The translations under genes and the position numbers were made by a program. The notes under the pieces are model-generated. The model was not told the DNA's origin. It did not search any database and saw only the letters and a list, made by a program, of their open reading frames with translations. A stretch of DNA of 64,000 nt from an uncultured Candidatus Saccharibacteria bacterium (GTDB lineage Bacteria; Patescibacteriota; Minisyncoccia; UBA6257), in assembly GCA_964479005.1 (NCBI GenBank), contig CAYZJA010000002.1:64001-128000 (forward strand), given 5' to 3'. This document shows, in pieces, positions 46,243-56,033 of the stretch; positions within the stretch are counted from its first letter, which is position 1, and every line of letters starts with the position of its first letter.

Positions 46243-46300
46243 ATTTATATTGAAACTTACTAGTTTTAATTCAACGTTCTTGAACGAAGCGAGAGGTTGT
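46243..46300 (-). repeat. third copy of the ~57-nt repeat, filling the whole uppP-argS intergenic space
   Basis: Minus strand reads 'AACAACCTCTCGCTTCGTTCAAGAACGTTGAATTAAAACTAGTAAGTTTCAATATAAAT-ATG(argS)'; contains TTGAAT-N17-(C)AATAT promoter-like hexamers. Confidence 0.65.
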
Positions 46301-47058
46301 TATATTAAGATTACCATGCTTAATATTATTAAATAAAGAGAAAACCAAAAGTATTTTCCTCTTTTCAATATCTTTTCTAAAATTTTTAAACTGATAATTC
46401 CTACAAAGAATGAAATTAACATCCCTAGTCCGCCTAATAAATAATTATTTTCTCCTTGTTGCATCAATGCAGGCAGTTGTAAAATAACGGCTCCAAAAAT
46501 AACAGGGAGAGCCAAAAGAAAAGAAAATTTGTAGGCAATTTCCGGCTTTAATTTTCTTAATAACCCTGCAGAAATAGTAAATCCAGAACGAGAAATGCCA
46601 GGGAAAAGGGCAACTGCTTGGGCAATTCCTATTATTAAAGCATCAAGCCATGATATTGTATCTTTTTGTGCTTTTGAATATTTGGTTGAGAAAAGAAATA
46701 AGGCAGTAATTAAAAAAGATAAACCGATAAATTTCAAAGACATAAAGCTTTGCTCTATCTTTGTTTGGAAGAAAAAACCAAAAATTGCAGCTGGAATTGT
46801 TCCAATAATAATAAGTTTAATTAATTGCCAATTTTTATTATGTAATATTTCTTTAATTTCTTGCCAAAATACTGCCAATATTGCTCCTAATGTTCCAAAA
46901 TGGAGAAGGGCGCTAAAAGCTATTGAAGCTTTTGGCAAATTCCAGAGAATTTGCAGTACCGCTAAATGACCAGAACTGGAAATTGGCAAAAACTCAGTTA
47001 TGCCTTGAGTAATAGCTAAAATAATTGTTTGAAATATATTCATATTGTTTGTCGGCAC
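46300..47058 (-). CDS. uppP: undecaprenyl-diphosphatase (BacA/UppP)
   Basis: 'ITEFLPISSSGHL' and C-terminal 'PGISRSG' motifs. Confidence 0.85.
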   Translation of the reverse strand: MPTNNMNIFQTIILAITQGITEFLPISSSGHLAVLQILWNLPKASIAFSALLHFGTLGAILAVFWQEIKEILHNKNWQLIKLIIIGTIPAAIFGFFFQTKIEQSFMSLKFIGLSFLITALFLFSTKYSKAQKDTISWLDALIIGIAQAVALFPGISRSGFTISAGLLRKLKPEIAYKFSFLLALPVIFGAVILQLPALMQQGENNYLLGGLGMLISFFVGIISLKILEKILKRGKYFWFSLYLIILSMVILI

Positions 47059-47089
47059 GTCTGACGTGCTAAGACCACGTTAAACGTGG

Positions 47090-47160
47090 TCGGGCCGCCG
47101 AGATTTGAACTCGGGCTAAATCCTCCCGAAGGATTCGTGCTACCGCTACACTACGGCCCG
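47090..47160 (-). tRNA. tRNA-Pro(CGG)
   Basis: Acceptor CGGGCCG/CGGCCCG, loop TTCGGGA, T-arm CCGAG-TTCAAAT-CTCGG; preceded by two palindromic hairpins at 47050-47089. Confidence 0.8.
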
Positions 47161-48696
47161 TTATTCTACATAATATTTCTTTTTAATTTCTTTTTCATTT
47201 TCTTCTAAAAGATTTTTGTATTTTTCTTGGGCTATTTTTTGTTTTTTCTTTAATTCATTTTCAGAAAGCTGGTTTAATTCTTTCGCCTCTTTTTTTAAAT
47301 ATTTTTTATTATTCTTTTTAGAATCATCCAATACTTGTTCCAATAAAATACTTAAAATTGCTCCGATTTTAGGACTTGATTCAATGCGCAATGTTTTAAT
47401 TATATCATTACCATTTATTTTTAATATTTTAAGAGATGGTTGTTGTCCTCCCAATTCCTGTAATACTTTTTCTACGCGAAATAGAAAGTGACGAAGACGA
47501 AAAGGAAGAGCTTTGGGACATCCAGATCCTATTCTATCAGCTTCTCTTACTTGAGCTAATTCTTGAATATTTTCTTTTCCGATTTTAACTAATAATCTGC
47601 GTATAGCAGCGTCTGTAGTAATTTCCGGGTCATAAACAAAGCCGTGATAACGCACTAATTTAATAATCTTTTCTGCTTTATCTTTGGGAAATTTTAGACG
47701 GCTAAGAATACGGGCTGTAATTTTTGCTCCCTGCCATTCATGGTTATAAAAAGTAGCGTCTATACCTTCACCTTCTTTAGTATATGGTTTTCCAATGTCG
47801 TGAAATAAACTGGCAAATCTTACTTCTAGACTATACCCTTTTTCGCAGGCATATTTTAGAGAGCGCCAAGCATGTTCCCAAACAGTATAAATATGGTGTT
47901 TGTTTTGAGTTACCCCAATGCTTTTTTCTAGTTCGGGCATAATTTGTTTTAGCAAATTATTTTCTTGTAAAAGAAAAATTCCTTTAACAGCTTGCGGGGA
48001 ATTGATAATTTTAATTAATTCATCCCGAATTCTTTCTTTAGAAATAAAGCTGAGAAGAGAAGTATTATCTTTTATGGCACCCAATGTTTGTGGCTCTATT
48101 TGGAAATTTAATTCGCAGGCAAAACGAATAGCTCGCATTAAGCGCAAGCCATCTTCAGAAAACCGTTCTTTTGGGTTTCCTACTGCTCTGATAAGTTTTT
48201 TTTGCAGGTCTTTTTGTCCATTAAAAGGATCAATAATTTTATAACTTGCAGCTTGCAGCTTATAACTTTTTTCTTTAGTTTTAAGTTTTAAGTCTTGCGT
48301 TTCAAGACGAAGAGCCATTGCATTGACAGTGAAATCACGACGATTTAAATCCTCTTCAATTGTTTCAGCAAATTCTATTTTGTCAGGATGGCGCTTATCA
48401 CTGTATTTCTCTTCTTTTCTAAAAGTAGTGGCTTCAATAATTTTTAAATCTGGGTTTTTTGAATCAGTTTTTATTAAAACAGTACCAAATTCATTTTCAC
48501 AAACACTCTCAGGAAAGAGTTTTTGAATTTGTTCAGGCGAGGCATTGGTAGTAATATCCCAATCCTTTGGATCCCTTTTTGATTCTTTGGTTTTACTTAG
48601 GATAAGGTCTCGGACACATCCCCCGACAATATAGGCCTCAAAATCAGCTTGACTCAGTTTTTTTATTATTTCTAATACTTCTAACGGCATTTGCAT
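47161..48696 (-). CDS. cca: CCA-adding tRNA nucleotidyltransferase with HD domain
   Basis: 'GGCVRDLIL' Pol-beta NTase head and an HD motif 'HDIGK'. Confidence 0.8.
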   Translation of the reverse strand: MQMPLEVLEIIKKLSQADFEAYIVGGCVRDLILSKTKESKRDPKDWDITTNASPEQIQKLFPESVCENEFGTVLIKTDSKNPDLKIIEATTFRKEEKYSDKRHPDKIEFAETIEEDLNRRDFTVNAMALRLETQDLKLKTKEKSYKLQAASYKIIDPFNGQKDLQKKLIRAVGNPKERFSEDGLRLMRAIRFACELNFQIEPQTLGAIKDNTSLLSFISKERIRDELIKIINSPQAVKGIFLLQENNLLKQIMPELEKSIGVTQNKHHIYTVWEHAWRSLKYACEKGYSLEVRFASLFHDIGKPYTKEGEGIDATFYNHEWQGAKITARILSRLKFPKDKAEKIIKLVRYHGFVYDPEITTDAAIRRLLVKIGKENIQELAQVREADRIGSGCPKALPFRLRHFLFRVEKVLQELGGQQPSLKILKINGNDIIKTLRIESSPKIGAILSILLEQVLDDSKKNNKKYLKKEAKELNQLSENELKKKQKIAQEKYKNLLEENEKEIKKKYYVE

Positions 48697-48830
48697 ATTT
48701 ATGACTTTTTTACTATAATTAAAATACTTTTATTTTAATTTTTAATATATTTTAACGTATATTAAATAATAAACAATTAGTATAGTACGTTCTTCTAATC
48801 ATAAAGCAAAACAACTTTTTTTTCAATCAT

Positions 48831-48904
48831 GCCCTCGTGGTGTAACTGGATAACATTTCTGTCTTCGGAACAGAAGATTGCAGGTTCGAATCCTGCCGAG
48901 GGCA
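48831..48904 (+). tRNA. tRNA-Arg(TCG)
   Basis: Acceptor GCCCTCG/CGAGGGC, stem TTCTGT/ACAGAA with loop CTTCGGA, T-arm GCAGG-TTCGAAT-CCTGC. Confidence 0.75.
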
Positions 48905-48921
48905 CGACATAAATTGTTTAA

Positions 48922-48992
48922 GCCCCCATAACTCAACGGCAGAGTAGTGGCCTCTTAAGCCATTAATCCAGGTTCGAATCCTGGTGGGGGCA
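48922..48992 (+). tRNA. tRNA-Lys(CTT)
   Basis: Acceptor GCCCCCA/TGGGGGC, loop CTCTTAA, T-arm CCAGG-TTCGAAT-CCTGG. Confidence 0.8.
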
Positions 48993-49004
48993 CAAATCTT
49001 TTTT

Positions 49005-49089
49005 GGAGGGGTGGCAGAATGGTAATGCGCCAGTCTTGAAAACTGGTGCCCGTAAGGGCTTGCAGGTTCGAGTCCTGTCCCCTCCGCCA
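49005..49089 (+). tRNA. tRNA-Ser(TGA), class II, CCA encoded
   Basis: Acceptor GGAGGGG/CCCCTCC, loop CTTGAAA, long variable arm GCCCGTAAGGGC. Confidence 0.8.
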
Positions 49090-49100
49090 TATTTATTAAT

Positions 49101-50588
49101 ATGAAAGATAAAAATAAACAATTAGGTTTAGTTTCACGTCCTCCGATTATCGTTGTTTTGGGGCATGTAGATCATGGCAAAACAAGTCTTTTGGATTATA
49201 TTAGAAAAACAAAAATTGTTGAAAAAGAATCAGGAGGGATTACTCAACATATTGGCGCTTATGAAATTGAAGTAGAAGGCAAAAAAATCACTTTTATTGA
49301 TACTCCTGGACATGAAGCATTTTCTAAAATTCGTTCTCGGGGAGCAAAGGTCGCTGACATCGCTATTTTAGTAGTTGCTGCTGATGAAGGAGTAAAAGTG
49401 CAAACGAAAGAATCATTAAAGGATATAAAGGAAGCTCAGATTCCTTATATTGTGGCAATTACAAAAACTGACAAAGAGGGAGTTAATTTAGAAAAAGTAA
49501 AAAATGAATTATCTGAAGCAGGAGTATTATTGGAAGGCCGGGGCGGCGATGTTCCTTTTATTGGTGTTTCTTCAAAAACAGGACAAGGCATTGATGAATT
49601 TTTAGAACTTATTCTTTTGTTGTCAGAGATGCAGGAATTAAAAGCTAATCCAAACAATCAAGCTTCAGGCGTTGTGATAGAATCCCATTTAGACCGCTTT
49701 AGAGGAAATACAACAAGTTTAATTATTACTAATGGCACCCTTCATCTGAAGGATAATATAAAAGCAGATCAGATTGAAGGAAAAGTAAAAATTTTGGAAA
49801 ATTTTCAAGGAAAATCTATTCCTGAAGCGACTTTTTCCTCACCAGTGAAAGTACTTGGTTTTGAAAAGCCAGTATCAGTAGGAGCAAAGTTTTTAACTGG
49901 GAATGAATCTGTCCTGAGCAGTTCGGCCCTGAGCGAAGCCGAAGGGTCAAGAGTAGTTGGAAAAGAATTAGGAAATAAGGATTCAAAAATTAAAATCCCA
50001 ATTATTATAAAAAGTGACACATCTGGTTCAGGCGAAGCATTAGAACAAATCATAGCGCAATTAGGAGAAAAAAATGATTGGTCCTTTCTGCTCTTAAAAA
50101 ACGAAACTGGTGATGTTTCTGAAAGTGATTTTAAAATAGTTCCATCAGGAAAAACCCTAATTATATGCTTTAGGGTCAGAAAAAGACCAGAGACAAATAA
50201 TATTCTTTTATCTAACAAAAATTTATTGTTGGTTGAAGGGAGTGTTGTCTATGAAATTGAAGATAAGATTAAAGAATTAGTAGAAAATGAGTTTATAAAA
50301 AAACCAACAGAAGAAATTCTTGGGAAATTGGAAGTTTTAGCTATTTTTAATCCCATAAAAGGTAGTCAATTAATAGGGGGAAAGGTTATTGAAGGCAAGA
50401 TTCAAAATAAAATTCGTTTTCGTTTGTTGCGTGAAGAAGAAATAATTAGCCAAGGCAAAATTTTAAATCTGCAAAAAAATAAGGCTGATGTTTCGAATAT
50501 TAATGCAGGTGAAGAATGTGGTTTAGTGGTTAATTGTCCAGAGCAAATAGAAAAAGGAGATTTACTTGAATTTTTTAGAAAAATTTAA
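49101..50588 (+). CDS. infB: translation initiation factor IF-2 (short form beginning at the G domain)
   Basis: '[15 protein letters not shown]', 'DTPGHEAF' and 'TKTDK'; 495 aa; starts 11 nt after tRNA-Ser. Confidence 0.85.
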   Translation: MKDKNKQLGLVSRPPIIVVLGHVDHGKTSLLDYIRKTKIVEKESGGITQHIGAYEIEVEGKKITFIDTPGHEAFSKIRSRGAKVADIAILVVAADEGVKVQTKESLKDIKEAQIPYIVAITKTDKEGVNLEKVKNELSEAGVLLEGRGGDVPFIGVSSKTGQGIDEFLELILLLSEMQELKANPNNQASGVVIESHLDRFRGNTTSLIITNGTLHLKDNIKADQIEGKVKILENFQGKSIPEATFSSPVKVLGFEKPVSVGAKFLTGNESVLSSSALSEAEGSRVVGKELGNKDSKIKIPIIIKSDTSGSGEALEQIIAQLGEKNDWSFLLLKNETGDVSESDFKIVPSGKTLIICFRVRKRPETNNILLSNKNLLLVEGSVVYEIEDKIKELVENEFIKKPTEEILGKLEVLAIFNPIKGSQLIGGKVIEGKIQNKIRFRLLREEEIISQGKILNLQKNKADVSNINAGEECGLVVNCPEQIEKGDLLEFFRKI

Positions 50589-50603
50589 TAAGATTATATT
50601 AAT

Positions 50604-50675
50604 GGCCTGGTAGCCAAGTGGTAAGGCGTGAGTCTGCAAAACTCTTATACGTGGGTTCGATTCCCACCCAGGCCT
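50604..50675 (+). tRNA. tRNA-Cys(GCA)
   Basis: Acceptor GGCCTGG/CCAGGCC, loop CTGCAAA, T-arm GTGGG-TTCGATT-CCCAC. Confidence 0.8.
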
Positions 50676-50695
50676 CGAGTTTAAATGATTTTGTT

Positions 50696-50778
50696 GCCCA
50701 GGTGGCGGAACGGTTTACGCGGAGGACTTAAAATCCTTGACTCTTAAGAGTTTGTGGGTTCGAATCCCACCCTGGGCA
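50696..50778 (+). tRNA. tRNA-Leu(TAA), class II
   Basis: Acceptor GCCCAGG/CCTGGGC, loop CTTAAAA, long variable arm. Confidence 0.8.
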
Positions 50779-50783
50779 CTAAA

Positions 50784-50814
50784 AAAACATCCCGTTGGAA
50801 AACGGGATGTTTTA
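50784..50814. terminator. bidirectional rho-independent terminator
   Basis: Perfect stem 'aacatcccgtt-ggaa-aacgggatgtt' flanked by A and T runs. Confidence 0.65.
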
Positions 50815-50838
50815 ATTATTAATTACTATAAACTATTT

Positions 50839-51345
50839 TTATCTTAATATTTCCATTACTGTTTCTTTTATACCGAACTCTTTTGCCGATTCCTTATCAG
50901 CAAACCAAATATCTACTCTTGTATTGGTAAAACGCTCATGCATTTTATCGTCAACAGTGAAAATCTTATCTCTGAATAGTTCGGGGAATCTTACTTTTGT
51001 CCCAAATGGTAAAAAATTAGAAGCAACAATTCCATCATAAACCCATGCGCCAGAAGCGGTGATAAAGGGAGAATCATCTGTTTGGTCTGGAGTAGAAGAG
51101 TATGCTGTGACAGTAATTTTTCTTGTTTCAATTGAGGGCTGAAGAGAATAAGCAGCTGTAAAAAAGGTATCATTTGAATCATGATAAAATTCTTCATTGT
51201 CAGCGCTAAGAATTTCTTGTTCAGAGCTATTAATAATAGTAGACGGTGATCCTTCTACTATTAATCCTGACCAAGGGCTAAAAAAGCTAAAACTTAGGAC
51301 CAAGACAAGAATTCCGGATTTTGCAGCTTTATTAAGAATATCCAT
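50839..51345 (-). CDS. exported 3D-domain (MltA-like/YuiC-like) cell-wall-binding protein
   Basis: Signal peptide; 'ITVTAYSSTPDQTDDSPFITASGAWVYDGIVASNFLPFGTKVRFP...VDDKMHERFTNTRVDIWF' matches the three-Asp 3D domain. Confidence 0.6.
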   Translation of the reverse strand: MDILNKAAKSGILVLVLSFSFFSPWSGLIVEGSPSTIINSSEQEILSADNEEFYHDSNDTFFTAAYSLQPSIETRKITVTAYSSTPDQTDDSPFITASGAWVYDGIVASNFLPFGTKVRFPELFRDKIFTVDDKMHERFTNTRVDIWFADKESAKEFGIKETVMEILR

Positions 51346-51493
51346 AATATTTTAATTTTACATTAAAAAACTCCCTTTTTGGGAGACTTTTTAGATTTTA
51401 GCATATAAATAATTTTTGTCAAGGGTCAGGTTGCATTTTTTGTTTCTTTCAGATAAACTTATTAATACCAAATATTTATAAAAATAAATTTAA

Positions 51494-51581
51494 GGAGGGT
51501 TGGCTGAGTGGTCCAAAGCAGGAGATTGCTAATCTTCGGTCGTGTAAAAGCGGCCCGTGGGTTCGAATCCCACACCCTCCG
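51494..51581 (+). tRNA. tRNA-Ser(GCT), class II
   Basis: Acceptor GGAGGGT/ACCCTCC, loop TTGCTAA, long variable arm. Confidence 0.8.
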
Positions 51582-51744
51582 CTAAGACAAATCTTTTATT
51601 AGGTAGATTCGGATGAATGGTTCGAATCCACGTCCCCCAGCAAATTAGAATCGCCAAAAAGGCCTCTGCTTACTGCCAGGCAGGATTTTATGTCTTAAAT
51701 ATTGCTTTAGTCAGAGGATTATGATAATATAAAGATATTAAAAT

Positions 51745-52005
51745 ATGCTTACTGCAAAACAAAAAGAAAAAGTTATTGAAGAATTTGCTACTCATAAAAA
51801 AGATACTGGATCTCCTGAAGTGCAGATTGCTTTATTAACCAAAGAAATAAAATTATTAAGCAAGCATTTAAAAAAACATCCCAAAGATTATCATTCAAGG
51901 AGGGGTCTTTTAGGCATGGTTTCTGATAGAAGAAGGCTTCTTTCTTATTTAAAAAAAGTATCGCTTCGTCGTTATAACAAAACGATGAAGAAACTTGGTC
52001 TCTAA
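51745..52005 (+). CDS. rpsO: 30S ribosomal protein S15
   Basis: '[40 protein letters not shown]'. Confidence 0.9.
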   Translation: MLTAKQKEKVIEEFATHKKDTGSPEVQIALLTKEIKLLSKHLKKHPKDYHSRRGLLGMVSDRRRLLSYLKKVSLRRYNKTMKKLGL

Positions 52006-52582
52006 TTTATTTATGCTTATAAGACACAAAAATCAACGAATAGTAGTTTTGATAGATGTTCAAAATCTTTATCATTCTGCGAAGAATCTTTACGGCGCCA
52101 GAGTAAATTTTAAGAATCTTCTTTTAGAAGCAACAGCTGGTCGCCAATTAATTAGGGCAATTGCATATGCTACTAAAGCTGATGAGCCTGGCGAGGCTTC
52201 TTTTTTTGATGCTTTGGAAAAGGCTGGAATAGAAGTTCAATTAAAGGATCTACAAGTTTATCCTGATGGAACAAAAAAGGGAGATTGGGATGTAGGCTTG
52301 GCAGTAGATGCTATCAGATTATGTGTTAATGTTGACGTGTTAGTTTTAGTGAGTGGAGATGGGGATTTTATTCCTCTGGTAGAATATCTAAAAGCATTAG
52401 GAAAGCAGGTTGAACTTATGGGATTTGGAAAAACTTCTTCCTTTCGCTTGAAGGAATTAGTTGATGAATTTACAGATTTAGATTCCCGCCCAGATTATTT
52501 TCTCTTTAAATCTCAAAAACAAGGTTTTGCGAAAAAATTACCCAATATTATTAAAAGTAGGTTTAAAAGGCATCATAAATAA
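51995..52582 (+). CDS. NYN-domain (LabA/DUF88-like) putative RNase
   Basis: '[17 protein letters not shown]', '[12 protein letters not shown]' and '[25 protein letters not shown]'; overlaps rpsO by 11 nt. Confidence 0.75.
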   Translation: MVSNLFMLIRHKNQRIVVLIDVQNLYHSAKNLYGARVNFKNLLLEATAGRQLIRAIAYATKADEPGEASFFDALEKAGIEVQLKDLQVYPDGTKKGDWDVGLAVDAIRLCVNVDVLVLVSGDGDFIPLVEYLKALGKQVELMGFGKTSSFRLKELVDEFTDLDSRPDYFLFKSQKQGFAKKLPNIIKSRFKRHHK

Positions 52583-52612
52583 AATAAATAAAACAGAATT
52601 AAAATAATACAA

Positions 52613-54730
52613 ATGGAAAAAAAAGAATATCAATTAAAAATCGGAGATAAAATTATAAGTGTAGAGTTTTCTAATCTTGCCGAACAATCCAATGGCTCAG
52701 TAATAGTAAGGATGGGGGATACTGTGGTATTAGCTTCTGCAGTGATGGGTAAAGCAGATAGAATGGATTTAGACTACTTTCCTTTAATGGTTAATTATGA
52801 AGAAAAATATTATGCTGCTGGTAAAATTTACGGCAGTCGTTTTCTTAGAAGAGAATCTCGACCATCAGACAGCGCGATTTTGACTAGCCGTCTTATAGAC
52901 AGAACCATTAGACCTCTTTTCCCCGCTAATATGAGAAGGGATGTTCAGATCGTAATTACTTGTTTGTCAATTGATGAGGAGAATGATCCTGATATATTAG
53001 GAATTATTGCTGCTTCATTAGCTTTAGACACTTCTAATATTCCATGGCAAGGACCAATTGCGGCAGTTAGAATTAATTGGTCAGAAAAAACAGGATTTAT
53101 TATTAATCCAACTTACAAGCAAAGAGAAGAAGCTTCTTTGAATATGGTAGTTTCAGGTCCTGATAATGTAATAAATATGTTAGAAGCAGAATCTAAAGAA
53201 GTTCCAGAAGACATTGTGAAAGAGGCTATAAAGATAGCTCAGAAGGAAATTCAGAATCTTAATAAAGAATTAAGTAGCATTATTATTAAAGAGGGCTCTC
53301 CTAAACAGGACATCATTTTAAAAGAATATGATAAAAATATTAAAGAAGAAGTAAGAAACTTTTTAAAAAATAAATTAGAATCTGCTATTTATGTTGTAGA
53401 TAAGAATGAAAGAGAGAATAATCTATTCCTTTTAAAAGAAGAATTGATAGAGCATCTGAAAAATAAAGATTACGCAGAGGAGAGTTTGATTGATGCTAAA
53501 TCTATTTTAGAGGAGGAGATTGATGAAGTTGTGCATAAAAATATTTTAGAAAAAGAGAAAAGGCCTGATTTACGGAAATTAGATGAAATTAGGTCTTTGG
53601 AAGTGGCTATTGATATTTTGCCGCGGCCTCATGGTTCAGCTTTATTTATGAGAGGTAAAACTCACGTTTTGTCAGTTGTTACTTTAGGGGCCCCAAGCGA
53701 TGTTTTGCTTTTGCAGGGAATGGAAATTTCAGGTGAAAAAAGATTTTTGCATCATTATAATTTTCCAGCTTATTCATCAGGGGAGATAGCGCCTTTAAGA
53801 GGCCCTGGTAGGAGAGAAATTGGACACGGCGCTTTAGGCGAAAAGGCTATTTTACCAATGATTCCTTCACAAGAAGAATTTCCTTATACAATTCGAGTAG
53901 TCTCAGAAATTTTATCTTCAAATGGCTCTACTTCTATGGCAGCTACTTGCGCCTCATCATTAGCTTTAATGGCGAGTGGAGTTCCAATTAAAGAGCATAT
54001 TGCTGGGATTGCTATGGGTTTGATAATGGATAAAAATAATCAATATAAAATTTTAACTGATATTCAAGGGTTTGAAGATCATTATGGAGATATGGATTTT
54101 AAAGCAGCTGGAACCAAGGATGGAATAACGGTTTTGCAAATAGATGTGAAAATAAAAGGTGTAGGATCAAAAATTTTGGAAGAAATTTTAGATAAAGCTA
54201 AAGATGCAAGACTTTTTATTTTAGAAAAGATGAATAAAGTTATTTCTGAATCAAGAAAAGATCTTTCTCCTTTTGCTCCAAGAATATTTATTTTAAAAAT
54301 AAAACAAGAACAAATTGGTAACCTCATTGGTCCTGGCGGCAAGATTATAAATAAGATTATTGAGGATACTGGCGCTGCTATTGATATTAATGATGATGGC
54401 ACTGTTTTTGTGACAGCTTCTGATGAGGAAAAAGCCCAATCAGCAATTTCCAGAATTAAAGAAGTAACCAAAGAATTTTTAACAGGCGAATTGGTGCAAG
54501 GGACTGTGTCAGAAATTAGGGATTTTGGGGCTATTATAAATTTAGGCGGTCGCAAAGAAGGACTTCTTCATATTTCAGAATTAGCTTCCCGTCATGTAGC
54601 TAAGGTGGAAGATGTTGTTCATGTAGGCGATACTTTAAAACTAAAGATTAAGAAAGTGGAGCCAAACGGCAAGATCTCTCTTTCCTTGAAAGACGCTTCT
54701 GACAAAAATGATAAAAGTAAATTTTCTTGA
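52613..54730 (+). CDS. pnp: polyribonucleotide nucleotidyltransferase (PNPase)
   Basis: Two RNase PH-like domains, KH 'IGNLIGPGGKIINKI', and S1 'GELVQGTVSEIRDFGAIINL'. Confidence 0.9.
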   Translation: MEKKEYQLKIGDKIISVEFSNLAEQSNGSVIVRMGDTVVLASAVMGKADRMDLDYFPLMVNYEEKYYAAGKIYGSRFLRRESRPSDSAILTSRLIDRTIRPLFPANMRRDVQIVITCLSIDEENDPDILGIIAASLALDTSNIPWQGPIAAVRINWSEKTGFIINPTYKQREEASLNMVVSGPDNVINMLEAESKEVPEDIVKEAIKIAQKEIQNLNKELSSIIIKEGSPKQDIILKEYDKNIKEEVRNFLKNKLESAIYVVDKNERENNLFLLKEELIEHLKNKDYAEESLIDAKSILEEEIDEVVHKNILEKEKRPDLRKLDEIRSLEVAIDILPRPHGSALFMRGKTHVLSVVTLGAPSDVLLLQGMEISGEKRFLHHYNFPAYSSGEIAPLRGPGRREIGHGALGEKAILPMIPSQEEFPYTIRVVSEILSSNGSTSMAATCASSLALMASGVPIKEHIAGIAMGLIMDKNNQYKILTDIQGFEDHYGDMDFKAAGTKDGITVLQIDVKIKGVGSKILEEILDKAKDARLFILEKMNKVISESRKDLSPFAPRIFILKIKQEQIGNLIGPGGKIINKIIEDTGAAIDINDDGTVFVTASDEEKAQSAISRIKEVTKEFLTGELVQGTVSEIRDFGAIINLGGRKEGLLHISELASRHVAKVEDVVHVGDTLKLKIKKVEPNGKISLSLKDASDKNDKSKFS

Positions 54731-54794
54731 CATTTATTTTTATGGTATAATATAAATAAATATGAGCAAGCTTAAACTTTAATTTTTTAAAAAC

Positions 54795-55949
54795 ATGCCA
54801 GAAAATTTTTCTTTACCTTCTAATGTTTCTAATGAAGATTCTGGAGCAACTCCAGAACAATCTTCTGGGCAAGTTCCTGAACAAGAGGAACCAGAACAAA
54901 AATTTTCTCCTCCACCTTCAAATGTTTTTATAAGAACATCGCAGTCAGACTTAGAAAAAATTAAATCTGAAGGAGGAGCAATTTCAGGAATGCCGCCTCC
55001 ACCTCCTCCTCCACCATCGTCTCTTCCTGTCACTCCTACTCCTGTTTCTTCTATGGAACAAGAACCCAGTATGCAAGATAAGCAAGCAGAGCCTAGTATG
55101 CAGCCAGAACCAGCTTTTTCTGAGTCAGAGCCTTCTTTTGCACCAGAAGCGCCAGTTGGAATGTCTGAGTTTCCAACTACTGAGGAAGAACCTCCACAGA
55201 AAAATAAATTATTGCCCTTTATCATTATAGGTGTATTAATCGTGGCAGTAGCTGCATTAGGATATTTTTATCTTTGGCCTAAGTTTTTTGAAGCTAAACC
55301 CGCTGTTACTACTACGACAACTACAACTACAAGCACAACAACTACAACTCTAGCTGCTTCACCATATCCTCAAATCAGTGGTCCGTTTCAAAAATCCCTT
55401 TTTAATATAGAAATTAGCGGTTCAGATGTTGTCAAGGCTATAAAAGATTCAGCCACTTCTGAAATGGCTGCTCCTGGAACTTTCAAAATTCTTATTCCTA
55501 AAGTACACAATGATGCTCTTACAAACGAAGAAGTAGTTCTCTCTCTTATTCCGCAATTACCAACAAGATTAAAGCCTTATATGTTGGCTCGTAAATACTT
55601 AGTTTATTCTTACTATGGAGCAGTTAATCCATCGCTTGGTTTAATTATTGATATTGGAGAAGAAAGTAAAGAGGAAGTGAAATCTATTTTCTTAGCTTGG
55701 GAAAAAAGACTAGGAATTTTGAATGATTTGAAAGATTTTTTTCTTGTAAGTATTCCTAAGAAAACTGCCAATGATTTTAAAGAAACTACTAATGCAGGCG
55801 CAGAAATTCGTTACTTTACTTATTCTGGGGAAGAAGCAGCAATTACTTATGCTTTTTCTGATACATATCTTATAATGAGTTCATCTTTAGAATCAGTGAA
55901 TAGCGCTATTTCTCATCTTCAAGGTATAACCGAACCAATCTATCCATAA
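54795..55949 (+). CDS. Pro-rich / Thr-rich single-pass membrane protein
   Basis: 'PPPPPPPPSS', TM 'LLPFIIIGVLIVAVAALGYFYLW', poly-Thr 'TTTTTTTTSTTTTTL', and a C-terminal globular domain. Confidence 0.45.
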   Translation: MPENFSLPSNVSNEDSGATPEQSSGQVPEQEEPEQKFSPPPSNVFIRTSQSDLEKIKSEGGAISGMPPPPPPPPSSLPVTPTPVSSMEQEPSMQDKQAEPSMQPEPAFSESEPSFAPEAPVGMSEFPTTEEEPPQKNKLLPFIIIGVLIVAVAALGYFYLWPKFFEAKPAVTTTTTTTTSTTTTTLAASPYPQISGPFQKSLFNIEISGSDVVKAIKDSATSEMAAPGTFKILIPKVHNDALTNEEVVLSLIPQLPTRLKPYMLARKYLVYSYYGAVNPSLGLIIDIGEESKEEVKSIFLAWEKRLGILNDLKDFFLVSIPKKTANDFKETTNAGAEIRYFTYSGEEAAITYAFSDTYLIMSSSLESVNSAISHLQGITEPIYP

Positions 55950-56033
55950 GAACCTGCTTCGCAGAACCTTGTTTCTCACTTTGTTCGAAATAAAATTGAT
56001 TTTTAGTTAAGTTTAATATAAGATAGTATTGCT

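Noticed and set aside
46243-46300. T-box riboswitch upstream of argS/valS
   Set aside because: The element is only ~57 nt, fills the whole intergenic gap, and lacks the T-box consensus (AAUUAGGGUGGUACCGCG) and Stem I specifier architecture.
48827-49090. Minus-strand ORF of 87 aa
   Set aside because: It lies entirely antisense to three well-folded tRNAs (Arg, Lys, Ser), so it is a spurious frame through GC-rich tRNA DNA.
51600-51650. tRNA-like fragment 'ATGGTTCGAATCCACGTCCCCCAGCA' downstream of tRNA-Ser(GCT)
   Set aside because: It contains a T-loop-like GGTTCGAATCC but no pairing T-stem or acceptor partner. It is probably a decayed tRNA remnant or a chance match, though it could be an att-like scar.
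54779-55225. Minus-strand Gly/Ser-rich 148-aa ORF
   Set aside because: Mirror frame of the poly-Pro/Thr-encoding region of the longer, better-supported plus-strand ORF 54795-55949.
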